In this document: positions 25,061 to 39,382 of the stretch, piece after piece
Layout of the letters: every line of letters starts with the position of its first letter
How positions within the stretch are numbered: the first letter of the stretch is position 1
From: Callorhinchus milii
Lineage: Eukaryota
Length of the DNA stretch: 64,000 nt
Assembly: GCF_018977255.1 (NCBI RefSeq)
Contig: NW_024704742.1
Location: 131,194,001-131,258,000, forward strand
Direction: 5' to 3'
Notes under the pieces: model-generated
Seen by the model: the letters and a program-made list of their open reading frames with translations, nothing else
What the model was told of the DNA's origin: nothing
Databases searched by the model: none
Made by a program: the position numbers and the translations under genes

Positions 25061-26703
25061 CCGATGTGACAAGGAGCCGTGTGGAACACAGCTTCCATTA
25101 TTTGCACAATTCTGACCGTAAAACAAAAGGCGCTCATCAAATTGGACGCCTCAGCCACACCCACTGCAGCTGCTCTGTACCATGTGAACAAGTGGAAGAA
25201 AGATGATGTATAATTACCCTTTTAAACTGATGGACACAACGATAATTTCACTCGCTGATAATTATGTTGTGGAACAGATTCTTTCAAGTAATGAATTCTA
25301 ATTGTAGCTTGTAGGTTAGAACAATCTCGAAAATTACATTCTTTGGGGTGAGATTTGCGGCATTTCATAACGTGTTCCCTGTGGTAATTACCTGCAATAA
25401 TTATCGCATCACATCCCTCATTTTCTTCCTCCCCCTCTCTCTCTCTCCCCCACTCCCCACTTCCCTCCCCCCCCTCCCCTGGGGCCATATCCTGCCTAAT
25501 ATTTGCATACCGTACAGTATTGAAAGGCATTGCATTGTCTAACTGTATCACTTCTGGACACAAGGATATTTACAATGTAGGCGAGAGAAGTCCATTTGAA
25601 GTCATCTTTAAATTACGTGAACGACCGCATCTCAGAGTGTGGTAACATCTAAGGGTAAAAGCTTCAGTCCTATCACACCCGAATGAATTCTCAACTTACG
25701 GACACAATATGTGGGGGGAGGAGGAGAGGTGGGAAAATGTGCTGTGTGATATTATCACTGGTGATATTATCAAAATCTTAGGGGACTTCAAGATAAGTTG
25801 ATCTAAAATGAGTTGTAACCTATTCACACCAAAGTAATTTGCTATCAATTTTGTCGATCGCTTAATGGAAAAAAATGTTTTCCCCCGAAAAGCAAATTCA
25901 GATGTGCCACAAGCAGCCATGAATCGAATCACCAATTCAACGTGGAGGATTGTTGGCCAATCTCCACACATAGAATTGGTCATTCACTTCAGGACTGTTT
26001 GTGGCACATCAAAACTCCCTTCTCTTTTCGAATAGTACCATATTTAATGTCCACCTGAACAAGCAGACGGGATCTCGGTTTAATGTCTCATCCGAAAGAT
26101 GGCACCTCTGATAATGCAGCACTGCAAGAGAGTGCCAGTCTGGACTATGAGCTGAAAGTTGTGACAAGGTGCTTGAACCCACAACTTTCTACCTCAGTGG
26201 TTAGAGGCCCACCAACTGAGCCAGGCTGATACCAGAACACCCCACTTTGTGAAGAAAACCCTCCCTGGCCATTAATCGCCCTTAAACACGGTGCATTTCC
26301 TGCCTAAAGTTTTTGTAATATATGTATGTATTACACGATCAGTGTAATAGTCATCATAATAAATCCTTGCATTTGATACAGGGCCTTATCACGTCATTAA
26401 GATGTCTCAAAGCTCTTCACAAAATATATTGTAAAGTGGATTGACTCTATTTTGTGGGTGAAATGCAGCAGCCAATTATGCACAGCAGTGTCAGCTGCCA
26501 CAACTTAATAATAATAATCATACTTGCATTTGATATAGCGTCTTATCACGTCTTCGAGACGTCTCAAAATGCCTCGCAGAATACACTGCACATTTGGTGG
26601 GTGAAATGCGGCAGCCAATTGCGCACAACAGGCGTCGAGAATCCTCGAGGTTTAACTTCAATTTAGTTAAAGACAAAGTTATTTCAGAACCGCTAACCGT
26701 ACC

Positions 26704-26724
26704 GCGACTCTCCTCGGTCCTGAA
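26704..26724 (-). promoter_or_regulatory. Candidate REST/NRSF RE1 element
   Basis: TTCAGGACCGAGGAGAGTCGC versus consensus TTCAGCACCACGGACAGCGCC; both half-sites present with the canonical 2-nt spacer. Confidence 0.5.
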
Positions 26725-29700
26725 CTTAAGCACTGCTATAAGCAGAAGAGAACCTCGAGCTGTGGTAAGATGAAACTCCCTGATCGGCTTGACTTTGCTA
26801 GTTCTCCCATCCCCTGAGCTTCTTCTCTTAATGATGAGGCTGACTGTATTTACCTACCTCTAGGATTCTTGCCGTCTGGGAGTTTTACTATTGACTGCTT
26901 AACACAGAACCACTTGGGGGAACGCAAGTTCCTAGGATTACATTTAATTCTGAAAAAAATATGAAGGAGTATAATAAGATCCTTATCTAAAGGTGGGTTT
27001 TGAGTGGAGATAATTAACTGATTTACCCTGGCTTAATCCCTTGGCTGAGGCTGCACCGAATAAATGGATACGTGAAGGATTTTGAAATCGGATCATGTAG
27101 GAGTTTGGTGGGAGGTGGGGGGGGGGGGGTGGGAAAGGGTCTGTGGATATTCCGTGACTCGCAATTCTGTATTACTTCAATTCTTTGGTTCAATGAGTAT
27201 GAATGGCCGCAGCGGTTTGCATTGTAACAGGAGAATGCACAACCAGAAAAGGGTTTCAATTGGTGTCAAATACAATCCTCGCCTGCAATTCCACCGCATT
27301 CAGAAAGTCTTTGCAGTACATTAAACCATTGGCTAATATGCTCTGTGTGAGGCTCCTCGGTCATCTCATTTCATACAACAGTGTTCAAATGATCCAATCT
27401 TAGTGCTATTAAAAGTAATAGGCAATGTAATATATTTCACACATTTGCCTTAACAAAGGGTTATATTTTCCATCCCCATATTTAACCCTTGGTTTACCCA
27501 ATCCCCAAGTATGTTTGGAATGATACGGTTTTTATTGCCAAAATCTCTAAAATGTTACTTTACAGTCAATTATGGTGCACTTTTCACTCCATAAAAAACT
27601 GTTTTCTTAAGTTTTTCCCGGCAATAGCAATGTCATCTCTCTTTATTTCAATTGCTGCTCAATGCCATAGAGAATAATATTTCACAAGATCAGAAGATTA
27701 GTTCAGATGTAATCAGAAGGGGTCAATAGTCAGCACTGGCCTGACACAACCAAAAAATCGAATGCTCACTATTGGCTGCATTATCCCTATATTTTCTAAT
27801 ATTTCAGCACTTTTTCCCCCAACAGTTTCAAACTTAGTTGCTCATCAATAGCATAATTCATTGCGCTTTGTGAAAATATAGAATTATTACAGAAATGCAT
27901 GCTGATTACACAGGGCAAGTGGCATTGAAGCTGCTGATTTTCACCCACGCATTCTTATAGTCAAAGGTGCCGAAAATTCATTTCTGTTAGTCCTTTGAAT
28001 GGAGTGCAAATGCAGTAGCATTTATCTCGAAAACATGATAAGACGCTATATCAAATGCAAGGATTATTATTTTGTTATTATTTATAAGTGGTGCTGCTGG
28101 AATGGACTTTTATTTCCTTCCTATCTATGAATGGTTTAAGGTGGAGAAGAGGACACCAAAATTGTGTCTTCTACAGCACCTTATCGCTCTGGTCCCTCTT
28201 CCAATGCATTTGGGTTGAAACGCATTACATAGAATTACATTAAAAACATTTCAGCGCAGAAACAGGCAATTCAGCCCAGCAACCAAACAGCAACTTGTAG
28301 TTATACAGCACCCTGCAAGCAGTACAGTATGCCCTGTTTGGAACCTTGGAGAAGGGGGAGGGAGAGGTGACCACTGACACGGTTGAAGTGGTACGTCTTA
28401 AAGTGGGATTTAGAAATAAAGACGGAGGGGCAAGGCAGTGGGATTCAATAGGACCCAATTAGTGTTTATGATGGTGTTTATACTAGCCTCCATGCCTCCT
28501 ATCCCCCTCACTCACACTATATTCCCTTCTTCCTAATTATGAATGAGAATGCTCCTTATAACCATATTGAATTACATTGTGGCTCAAGGCTGCTTTCAAA
28601 CCAATATACCGATTCCAGACAGATGAATTAACATGATTGGGCTGATCTAAACATTCTCCGTAGCGTAGACTAAACTCTAGAGAACGGCAGCCTTTGTAAA
28701 GGTTAACTCGCCTACACAATACATAGTCACCAGACTTCACAGTAAACTCCTGTGAGGAATTTTGAGGAAAAGGTGCTATATAATAATAAAATTTGCATTT
28801 GACATTGTGCTTTTCACGATGAGGGGATGTCTCAAAGCGTTTCAAAAGATACAAAAATAAAAATAATAATCCTTGCATTTGGTATAGCGCCTTATCACAT
28901 TTCGAGACATCTCAAAACGCTTTGCAGAATATCCTGTAAAGTGGATTGACTCTGTATTTTGTGGGTGAACACAGCAGCCAGTTGGGCACAGCAATATCCC
29001 ACAAACAGCAAAAAAATAGGTAACCAATTTTATTTTGGAGATTGTTGGCCAGGACTCTCGGAGAAACTCCCTTCTCTTTTTGAATAGTACCTTTAACATC
29101 CACCTCAACAGGCAGATGGGACCTCAGTTTAATGTCTCATATGAAGGACAATGCAGCACATCCCCAGCAATGCATGGGAGAGTCATCTTACAATATACTG
29201 TAAAGTGCTGTGTTTTATAATTGCCTATAGTTTATATCAAATTATTCTTATAATAAGACAACTCCAACCTGCATTGAGACTTAAGTCAGCAAAGTGAGTT
29301 ATCCACTTCTGGAGATTGCATATTGGATTAATTTTCCATGTCCGTTCATTCCAATTAACATCTGCATGCGTTACTGTGGTGACAGAGACAAAACCAGACT
29401 AACAATTTGCTAAACAGTTGACATGACCCTTATTGGCCTAACTTAGCTTCTATGGAAACAAAACACCCAGGTGGAAAAGCATTACTCACAATAGTTTGAA
29501 TGCCATTCGTATAGCAGGTAGTAAACAAAATTACAATTGCATAACGCAATTGCATTACAGTGGTTTGGAAGACAGAATGTGAAAAATATTCAATTTGCTG
29601 AACTTCTGAGTGACACAGTCATAAGAAACAGATTGCCCTGCAGGTCAGATTGCTCTTTGATGTTTGTCATATTTAATAAATTTTTCAAAAGGGAAGAAAT

Positions 29701-29809
29701 CTCAAAATCAGATTATAAAAAACATACAGGCTGCGTGGCTAATGCCAGGTAATTCTCCTGAGCTATTTGATTAATTTTGATGTCCTTTTGTTACTTTTCA
29801 CCTTCCTTT

Positions 29810-30200
29810 TCACTTTCAAGGCCCTCCACGGCCTTGCCCCCTCCCACATCTCTGACTTGCTGACTCCCCGTCAACCTGTCCACTCCCTCTGCCCAAGAGG
29901 CTCTGGCCTGCTCCAGGTCTCCCGCCCGAACAGCCTTACCATCGAAGGCCAGACTTTCAGCCTCTCTGCCCCCACTCTTTGGAACTCCATCCCACAATCC
30001 CTTCACCTTGCTCCCTCTCTTGCCTTCTTCAAGGCACGACTCAAGACCATCCGTTTGGACCGTGCCTTCAGCCACCCTTCTACCTTCCTTCATCCCAACC
30101 CTGCCCCCACGCCTTGATCCTGATCCCTGACTGTTCAGCGCCTTGGGACATCCTCCCGATGTGAAAGGCGCTTTACAATTGTAATTTTGTTGTTGTTGTT
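29810..30200 (+). mobile_element. L2 LINE 3' fragment
   Basis: FKALHGLAPSHISDLL...APTLWNSIP...FKARLKT; ends aaggcgctttacaattgtaattttgttgttgttgtt. Confidence 0.9.
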
Positions 30201-31144
30201 ACACGTAGCTATGGCAATAGAGACAAAAACATATTATTGAAGCAAATATCATCAGTGTATTTAAGACAAAACTTGATGCATACAAAACAGGGGTATAATT
30301 TTTGGGGGTGGGTGACTGACACATGTGAAAACTCATCACCGTGCTTAAGAGTATCCAAACCAAATTGAGAATTCCATACTTCCGTCCTACACATGGAAAT
30401 TCCAGAGATAGATTGTTGGAATGGTATGCGCACTCTCTCCCTGGAGGGACACATTCTGCTTACCTAATTCTGGAAGGTATTAGGCCCAGATTAGCAAGAG
30501 CCAAGGCTTGGGGACCGCAGAGCGTGCGTTGGGGTACTAGTGGTACAAGGAGGGGTGGGGCTCATGTAGAATATAAACACCAGTGTGCATTAGTTGGACT
30601 GTATGACCCATTTCTGAAGGCCTATTAGTTGATATAACTCGAAGCTAAAGCTAATGATTTCAATCTTACAAATAGTGAGGGTTGTAGTTTTGGACCGTGT
30701 GCACGTTAAGCTCAGAGCCATAATAAAGAGGAGAAAATTCCCTGGCAACAGCTCACAGGCTAGGTAATCTCTGCTGCTTTCCGGTTGATATTTGCCGTGT
30801 TGTTTATGCAGTTACAAGTGGTCTCGTAGAACTTGAGATATCTAGATACCTCTTGTAAATGCTGTTCGTTTTCATTCTGTTAGCTCCGGTCTTGTTGAGA
30901 TGAGAAGGCTGCTAAGGTTTGATGTGCAATAAGTCAGGAAGGGCAAGATTGCCGATTTGTTCCTAGCTAACAAGCCTCCTCTAAGACTGGCTCTCATCTG
31001 TACAGCAGATGTGTCGCTGCTACTATGAAACACTCACAACAGGATGATTAAAAAAAGCCTCTCTTCTCTCCCAAGAGTGAAGAGAAGATGCAGGGGACCC
31101 AAAATTTCACCTCACCTTAGCCTGGAAGACCATTTTTTCTTTAA

Positions 31145-31508
31145 AATAACAATAATCTTAGCATTTGACATCACATCTATCACATCTCAAAAAACTTCAC
31201 AGAATATACTATAAAGTGAATTGACTGTATATTTTATGGACGAAACTCGGCAGCCAATTGCGCACAGCAGTGTCCCACAAACAGTCGTGGAATCGAGTGA
31301 TCATATTATTATTTGATTTTTTTTGAAGAGATTATTCCCCCTAGAAAGGATCCACCAATCGGCTAACACCCGGGTTCCTACTTACTGCTAGGTTAAACAG
31401 AGGCATGCAGAGTAAGAAAACTTGCCTGAGGTTTTGCCCTGCCCGGGAATCGAATTTGGATCCTCTCGCTTGCAAGGTGAGCGCTCTAACTAATATGCTA
31501 TTGGACTC
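31145..31508 (-). mobile_element. SINE family A, full length
   Basis: Reverse complement of the family A sequence. Confidence 0.87.
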
Positions 31509-33897
31509 TAAGTTGAGAGTGAATTTAGTAATTTTCCACAATTCTGTGTCACTTGAAAATTTTAAGACCAAACAATCTTGTGGGCTAAAACAGGGGCTAT
31601 TAAACCATATTTGAAAACTGGATAGATATTTTGTTAAGGGAGGATTTGAAGACTAAGGCTTCCAGGACACCATCCCTTTTATCTCCTCATTCCAGCATCA
31701 AGCACTTTTCTTGCATGAGTTTTGTCCTCCACCAATCTTCCTGGGATCTCATTCCAGCAACGAGATTACCTCTCGTCTAAAGAACTATTTCCTGGTTGTC
31801 TGTCCTAGAATGTATCAGTATTCTCCCAAATCTTGCATCCTTTTCTCCTTTCAGTTGCTCGTCCTCACTTTGTTCTTCACTCTGTTAGATCACCCTGCCT
31901 GAACACCTCCGTCTCAACCCCTTTCTATCTGTCTTCAATTCCTGCCTTAAAACCTACCTCTTCCTTTGCTCCTATGGTCACCTCCCCTTCTTCTCTCTCC
32001 CCCTTAATCCCTGCTCGGCCTCCGTCCCTGCCACTGTAAAGGCCTCCGAGAGGCTATTCTATCTGAAGGGCGCTATATACATGCAATTGTTTTTGTAGCA
32101 CACAAAGGGTTAAGGCCGAGCAAAGCAGATTGCTTTGCTGATGGTGTGGTCAGCTCCTCATTCTGCTGAATGGCTCTCGATAACAAGCGAACATGAAATA
32201 TTTCCCTTGTCAGCCCTACAGAGAGCAGTTTGCCATTCCAAATTCTGCAAGATTAATGTGTCATCATGCCTTCCTTCTGTCTAATTATGCTAAAACGCTG
32301 ACTTTTGTTTCATACCCATCTCACGCTGATGCATTAAACAAGACGTGCCATTAATTTCTTCATCATCATAACCTAAGCCGGGCATGCACTTAAAATATTC
32401 ATTTGGCTATGAAAATGGGCATTAAAATTTTAATAATGTCAAACTCATTTGAACCAAGCTCTAGGGGAATATTATGATACAATTAAAATAAACATAATGA
32501 TTGATCCCCCAGTCAGAGTTCACAAAGCCATGGTCTGGCCAGCTGGTGAGCAGTCTCCAAACCTCCTGTAGTGCTCCAGTAACCGCACTCTGATATTTAC
32601 TTTAACTTATTATTTGTGGTCATTATTGTCGGAGTAGTGACCCTTTGCTAGCCTCGAGCCATAGATCATCCGTTAAAGCACTCGCCTTGGGCTGCGCTAT
32701 CCTAGGTTTTGATTGAAAGAGATTTTAATTGCACAATAACTGAGGTCATGTGTAGAAATAATTACCGGCTTCAAATTGCCATTTACTCTGATGTATTTGG
32801 TTATTTTAATATTTTAATGCAAAAAAAAAGCTAATGGTTAGCAAACACAATTCTAGTGCCACATGACATTTTAATATCTTCTTAAAATATTAGGCCGTTT
32901 TCTACCAGGCAACAAGGATGTGTTTAGAGTAAAGAAAGAGCTGAGGGCAGCTTTGCTCGGTGGCTCGGCTTTAACTCTTTGGAAGTGAAATAGCTATTCA
33001 TCCACCTGGCAAGAAGCACAAGGCATGCATCACCCTGTAAATTGTGCTGCATTGCCGGAGCTTTGGATGAGATATTAATCCAAGGTTCATTCTGCTTATT
33101 CAGGTGGATGTTAAAGATCCTGTGGCAGTATTAGAAAAGAGAAGGTTTCTCTTGGTATCCTGGCCAACGATCCCACCAAATAAAAATTAGGTGATTTACT
33201 TCATAATGATAATAATCTATGCATTTGATATAGCGCCTGATCACGTTGTTGGGACATCTGAAAGCGCGTCACAGAATATATTATCAAGTGGATTGACTGT
33301 GTATTTTGTGGGCGAAATGTGGCAGCCAGTCGCACACAGCAGTGTCCCACAAACACTCATGGATTGAGTCACCAATTTTTTTTTGAGGGTTTATTATTCA
33401 TGGCTATTTGTTTGTAGTCATTTTGGTGCGCAAATTGTTCACCTACAAAACGTACAGTCACTCCGCTTTACAGTATGTACTGTGAAGCGCTTCCGATGTG
33501 AAAGGAGCAGTTATGAAATGTGACGATTATTAACAAAAACACAATTTTCCTCACAACCTGCCTCTGCCGGTAGACGTGGGATTTGCTTTGGCAGGTTTCA
33601 GTTTTGCTATCACTCAGCTCAGCAATTAAATCGTTTAGGGCTTGGTACTGAGGGAAGTGTTTGGGAGCACGGCACACTGCAAATTGGTGTTGCTGGAAAG
33701 CAATAATTTGTCGGGATCATTACCATGCAATGCATCAAATCTGCAGGTGTTCCTGTCTGATCCAGACAAGAGATGAATATGTGTAACAGTGAGAATTACT
33801 AAGTGACCCAGCAGCTAGGAAACTGGAAAGTTGATCTTTCGACTGCGAGAGCTGAGATTCAGTCAATGTCTGGATCAACAGTAACATCTAGAATCCT

Positions 33898-34271
33898 AAT
33901 AATAATTCTCTGCACTTGATATAGCGCCTAATCACCTCTCAAAGGGCTTCACAGAATATACTGTAAACTGAATTGACTATATATTTTGTGTGCGAAATGT
34001 GGCAGCCAATTGCACACAGCAATGTCCCACGAACAGTCGGGGATTGAGTGACCAATTTTGTTTGTTTGTTTATTTATTTATTTGGAAGGGATTATTACCG
34101 CCAGAAAAGTGATCTGCCAATCGACTAACGACCGGGTTCCTACTTACTCCTACGTAAACAGAGGCCCGTGAAGAGTAAGGAAACTTGCCTAACGTTTCAC
34201 CCTTCCCGGGAATCGAACCTAGGTCTCCCGCTTGCGAGGCGAGTGCCCTAACCACTGAGCTACATGATTTC
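33898..34271 (-). mobile_element. SINE family A, full length
   Basis: Reverse complement of the family A sequence. Confidence 0.88.
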
Positions 34272-36802
34272 TCATGGGCGTTAAATGGGAGAAATAGGGG
34301 GCAAAGAAAAAGAGAGAATGAGCAAATATCTGTCAGCTTCAGATGGGTTTAAAAAAAATCAGGGGATGTGCCGAGAGAGCTGGAAAGTGGGATTAATAAA
34401 AAAAATGCAATTTAGAAGAAAACAGGTAGCAGCGGTGGCACAGACATGATGGGCTGAATAGGCCCCCTTCTGTGCAGAAAATGTCTATGTTTGCAAAAGA
34501 GAACTGCAGACAAATTAGCCAGCGAGAAGCCATCGCAACAGGCCGTCTGATAGATCAATGGCGTAATGACAGCCATATAATGTCTGGGAATCATTCAGCC
34601 TTCTCTCCTGATTTTGGATGGTAGCTCAACAATGGAAGGAACGTAACTTTTGTGGAGAGGAGATAATGGCTCCACAAGAAGTGTGCACGTAAATGCATTG
34701 AAACACTTCATGTCGGGAGATAAGAACAAGCTGTAATCCTACTGTAATAGAATTGCCATCAGTCTATTCCTGTACTCGGTGACTAATAACAATCGTACTG
34801 GCTCCCACTGATATAATTCTCATGTCTCTGCCAGACCTTTATAAAGCCCAATAAACATAGTATAATCTGCAAACATGCTCAGAGGATTTAATCCAAAAGA
34901 ACATTAGAAGTTACCGGTGACCCATTGGATTCTATAAAGAGCTACTCTATGGGATATTTGCACAATGATATTGGCTGTTCTCCATCACAGTAATTGAGTA
35001 TTGACTGACAAAGCCAGTTCACTGATATGAATTGACCACTATTGGTAATTTTTTTTTACATATTCCCAAATCCATTGCTCTGGTGCCATAAAGTCAATGA
35101 ATATTTTGCAGATGAAACCAGTTTTGCAGCTCATGCAAAATACATACCTTGCAGTTTAAATACCCCTGCTCTCTGGGACTCATCCCTCCAACACACCCCT
35201 CTCCACTTTCAAAGCCCACCTGGAGACTATTTCCTTTGATTGCGCTTTCAGTCATCCTCCCCCACCCCAGATTCCCGTCCTCATTAGCTCCCTTCCCCCT
35301 ACCCTTCCTGGGTTTGGCTGCCCAATCAGCAGCGTAAAGCTCTTTTGAGACATCCTCACAATTTGAAAGGTGCTAGGTAAATGGTATTTGTATTGCATGT
35401 GTTTTTTATATTTTATTATATTTTAAGGTGTGTCGACAGCCCCGTGTTTGTGTCCCTTTAAACTTTTACAGCAAAGTTCGACAGATAAGTGGCAGCCCTC
35501 GACTGTGAGAGGAATAAAAAACATTTCTCTGCCACATCGCATGCATCGCCCACAAAACACAGCCAATACACTTTACAGTAGATCCTGTGAAGCGCTTTGA
35601 GATGTGCCAACGATGTAATAAGGCGCTAAGTCAAATGCAAGTATTATTATGTTTGCCAAGTATCTCTTTTGCATAGTGCGGGTATTAACTTGAGCATTAA
35701 CACATCAAAAGAATGGTGAGGCATCAGCCAAGCCTTTCGTTTCATGTGCCAGTGCCTGAGAATAATACTCTTGCTGCAGGCATGGGCAATGCTGCAGGTT
35801 CTGTAAACAGAATAAATCATACACAGCTCCTCAGCTCAATGCCCAGCTCTGCTTTGACGCACTGTTAGCATTAGTTAGCTTCAGGGGTATGGGAAAGGGC
35901 AGGTAAATGGATATAAAAGGATTGCTCTTAAAGGTGCCATTCACAGATACAATGGAATGAATGGCCTTCTTCTGTGCTGCACATTTCTATGGTTACCGGC
36001 AACTTGTGGGTGGGACCATGTCAGAGTGAGCCAATCAACCTCCGCAGAGCAGTGGAGGGTAGGACGGAGTTCTTCAGGAGAAGATAGGGAGGAAAGGTTT
36101 ATGGTTTAAAAAAAAGGAACCGAGGAAGATAATCTGGAAGCGATGACAAGCAATTTCAGTCTGGAGAGATGTCAACTTGCCCACAAAATACAGTCAATCC
36201 AAATTACAATATGTTCGTTGAAACCCTTTGAGACATCTCAATGAGGTGATAAGGCGCTGTATCAAATGCAAGGATTATTATTATTATAATAACTCATGTC
36301 ACCACTTCTGAGATCTGATTTACTGACAATCAATTTATAATTAATCCTTAAACACCCAGCGACTTTATCAGCTTTTGAAACGTGATGATTTTTAATTTTT
36401 ACGTGTGTTTATCCTCTGAGATGTTATGCCATCTGATGGGTTCTACCTATTTTAGATAAATTGTTGTTGTTTGTGGGAGTTGCTTGCGCAAACTGACTGC
36501 TGGGTTGTCCTTCAAAATACAATCACTGGACTTACACTAAATCCTGTAAAGCACTTTAAGACGTCCACTCAACGTGAAAGGTTGTATATCAAATGTAAGG
36601 ATTATTATTATTGAATGTACTGCTAAATGGAACCTCAAATGATTGATTCTATAACAAATTTGTTGACGTGGGCTAAGTACTAATTTACTCCATTTATTAT
36701 ATTCCCTTGGGAACAACCGTAATGTTCCCCGGACACCAAAGACACCACTGGGCAGATTCCAACATTTGCAGCTGGTACTGAAGGTCTTTGAATGCTGCTT
36801 TA

Positions 36803-37177
36803 AGTCCGGTAGCATTGTGGTTAGAGCACTCACCACGCAAATGAGAGGACCCTGGTTCGATTCCCTGACAGGGCAAAACGTTAGGCAAGTTTCCTTACTC
36901 TACACACCTCTGGTAATCTAGTAGTAAGTAGGAGCTCAGTTGTTAGTTTGATTGGCGGATCGCTTTTCCTGGGGGTATTAATCTCTTCAAATGTTTTTTT
37001 AAAATAATAATAATTTGGTCACTAAGTCCACAACTGTTTGTGGGACACTGCTGTGTGCAATTGGCTGCCTCGTTTCGCCCACAAAATACGCAGTCAATTA
37101 ATTTTACTGTATATTCTGTGAAGCATTTTGAGATGTCTCAAAGACTTGATAAGGGGCTATATCAAATGCAAGGATTA
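36803..37177 (+). mobile_element. SINE family A, full length
   Basis: tRNA-like head with ggttcgattccc B box; same body and tail. Confidence 0.88.
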
Positions 37178-37944
37178 GAAGTCCTGAATTGACACTCTGT
37201 AAAAACGGCATCTAATGCTTTGAAAGCAGCCAGGGGATAACTAAAAAAAAGGGAATCAGCAGCTAAGTTGTTCTGCTGAACTGACCTATGAAAGAATGGT
37301 TCTGGTGGGCTGCCTGCAGTGAGTGCCTTCCTTCTATTAGGATCAGTATAGTCTCACCATTTATACCATGTGTAGAACCTGTTCTTGAAAGTCATAGAAA
37401 ATATGGCTCATTTCCAACTCTTGCAGAGCTGCTTATTTTCACAAAGTGGTTGAACAACATCATAAGAAACATCTGGATGAGGAAGACCCCAAGGTGTATT
37501 TGATCATATCCCCTACCCAATGCAAAACCAAGTGTCCAGCCAGGCACCTTAGCCAGCCTTCTGGTAACCTTCTTTTAGTTGCTGATTATCCTCTGTGTAA
37601 AGAATTGCTTCCTTGGGATCTCCCACTTTTACAATCCTTATATCCATGGATAAAAGGCACGTCTCAAAATGTCCCATTTTTTACAGTGTGTTCTGTGAAG
37701 CGCTTTGGGACGTCCTCCCGATGTGAAAAGCGCTATATCAAATGCAAGGATTATTATTATTATTTTGTGCTTTCGGTCATCTTTGGCCTTCCCACCCCCT
37801 TTGGCTCCCACCCCCAACTTAGGTGCCCTTCCAACATAATGAAAAACGTTGAGATGTCTTCCCGACATGAAAAGCGCTATATAAATATCAATTACATTGT
37901 ATATGAAAGTAGTTTCTCTGCTTCCTGGAAGGGGAAGCAAAACT

Positions 37945-38245
37945 CCACTGATAGCTCAGTTGGTGAAGTCACAGATAATAGAGGGTCCCAAGTTCAATAG
38001 CTGATCGGGGCTGAGTTTGTCCACATCAACCAGGCAGTAGTAGAAGCACAACAGCAGTGTACATAAGGTAAGGATGGAAATGTCAACCAGGGTACTTCTG
38101 ATTGGTATCCAGTGATCTTGAATGGAAAGTGCACACCTGTGGACATTTGGTAAGGGTAGGATGGGCTTGACTTGATTTGGCTGTGATACCCTCAGGGATG
38201 AATAACCTGCTGTTTCTCAGTGTGCAGGCTCACACATGAAAAACA
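37945..38245 (+). mobile_element. Older tRNA-derived SINE of a third family
   Basis: Head tagctcagttggt...ggtcccaagttcaat; body unrelated to families A and B; a related remnant may lie at about 17575-17680(-). Confidence 0.55.
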
Positions 38246-39382
38246 GCCAAGAGAGGGTGGTGTCCTGGCCAACAATCCGCCAAATAAAATGGGTTAATTT
38301 ATTTCATGGTTGGTTGTGGGACTTTGCTGTGTGCACATTGACTGCCATGTTCACTTACACAGTACAATCACTACATTTTACAGTAAATCCAGTGAAGCTC
38401 TTTGAGAGATCTTGTTGATGTGATAACGCACTATATCAAATGCAAGGATTATTATTATTTAATATTATTTTAGCAAATGACTTTGAAACTCTACTCCACA
38501 AATACGTCAGTGCCTTCAGAAGAGAGGCATTTGGAGGAACATAACAAAAAGGTAAATCTAAATCTGCTTGTCATAATAATAATAATCCTTGCATTTGACA
38601 TAGCCCTTTATAATGTCGTTGAGACACCTCAAAGTGGTTCACAGAATATATTGTAAAATGAATTGACTGTATATTTTGTGAGAAAAATGTGGCAGCCAAT
38701 TGTACATTAAGATACACCAGCCAGGCAGAGAAGCATCAAGTCTGTACTAAAAAAGTTGTACTAATGATCAAAATCTTAAATCTAACAATTGTACATTGAA
38801 AGTTTGTGACTTATTTCAACAAATAGAAACTCATTGATATTAAACACATCCTGAATACATTATTGGTGTCTGTGAGACATCCAGAATCGAATGCTACATA
38901 ATCCAGTTATAAATTGTCAAGAAAATTCAATACCCCACAGCATTGATCAATAAAATATCCACATTATCCAGATGGGAATAATGGCAACACCACATTTCAG
39001 CTCGCGCAAGCTTATTACATGCTAAAGAGACCACAAGCAAAGTGAACGTAGCAGTATTTGAGTTGTGTTGGCTTACGTAATAACTTACAAGATCACAAGG
39101 GAGGTTTGGAAGAAGAAAGCCTGTCAGCCCATTTGATCTCATCCAACTAAATTACCCACACTAGTAACCACCTACCATTTCTTAAATAAGTCCAGTGTCC
39201 TGGCCTCAGAAACCTTTCCTAGTAATCTGTTGCAGTTATTAATTACCTTCTGGGTGAAGAAATGCTTCTCTGTGTCAGTCCTGAAATTACCTTTTGCAAC
39301 CCTGAACCTGTACCCTCTTAACATTCACAAACGTATAAAACACAGCATGGAGCACCTAAAGTGGATTCACAAGTCTCAGAGA

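Noticed and set aside
27023..27259. Minus-strand ORF containing GCAF and ending in PG, reminiscent of the preceding CELF exon (GCAFLTYC...KTLPG)
   Set aside because: The intervening residues and length do not match; coincidental.
37446..38000. Longest ORF in the track (184 aa)
   Set aside because: Built from SINE/L2 tail pieces (the KRYIKCKDYYYY translation recurs in many repeats); no domain signal.
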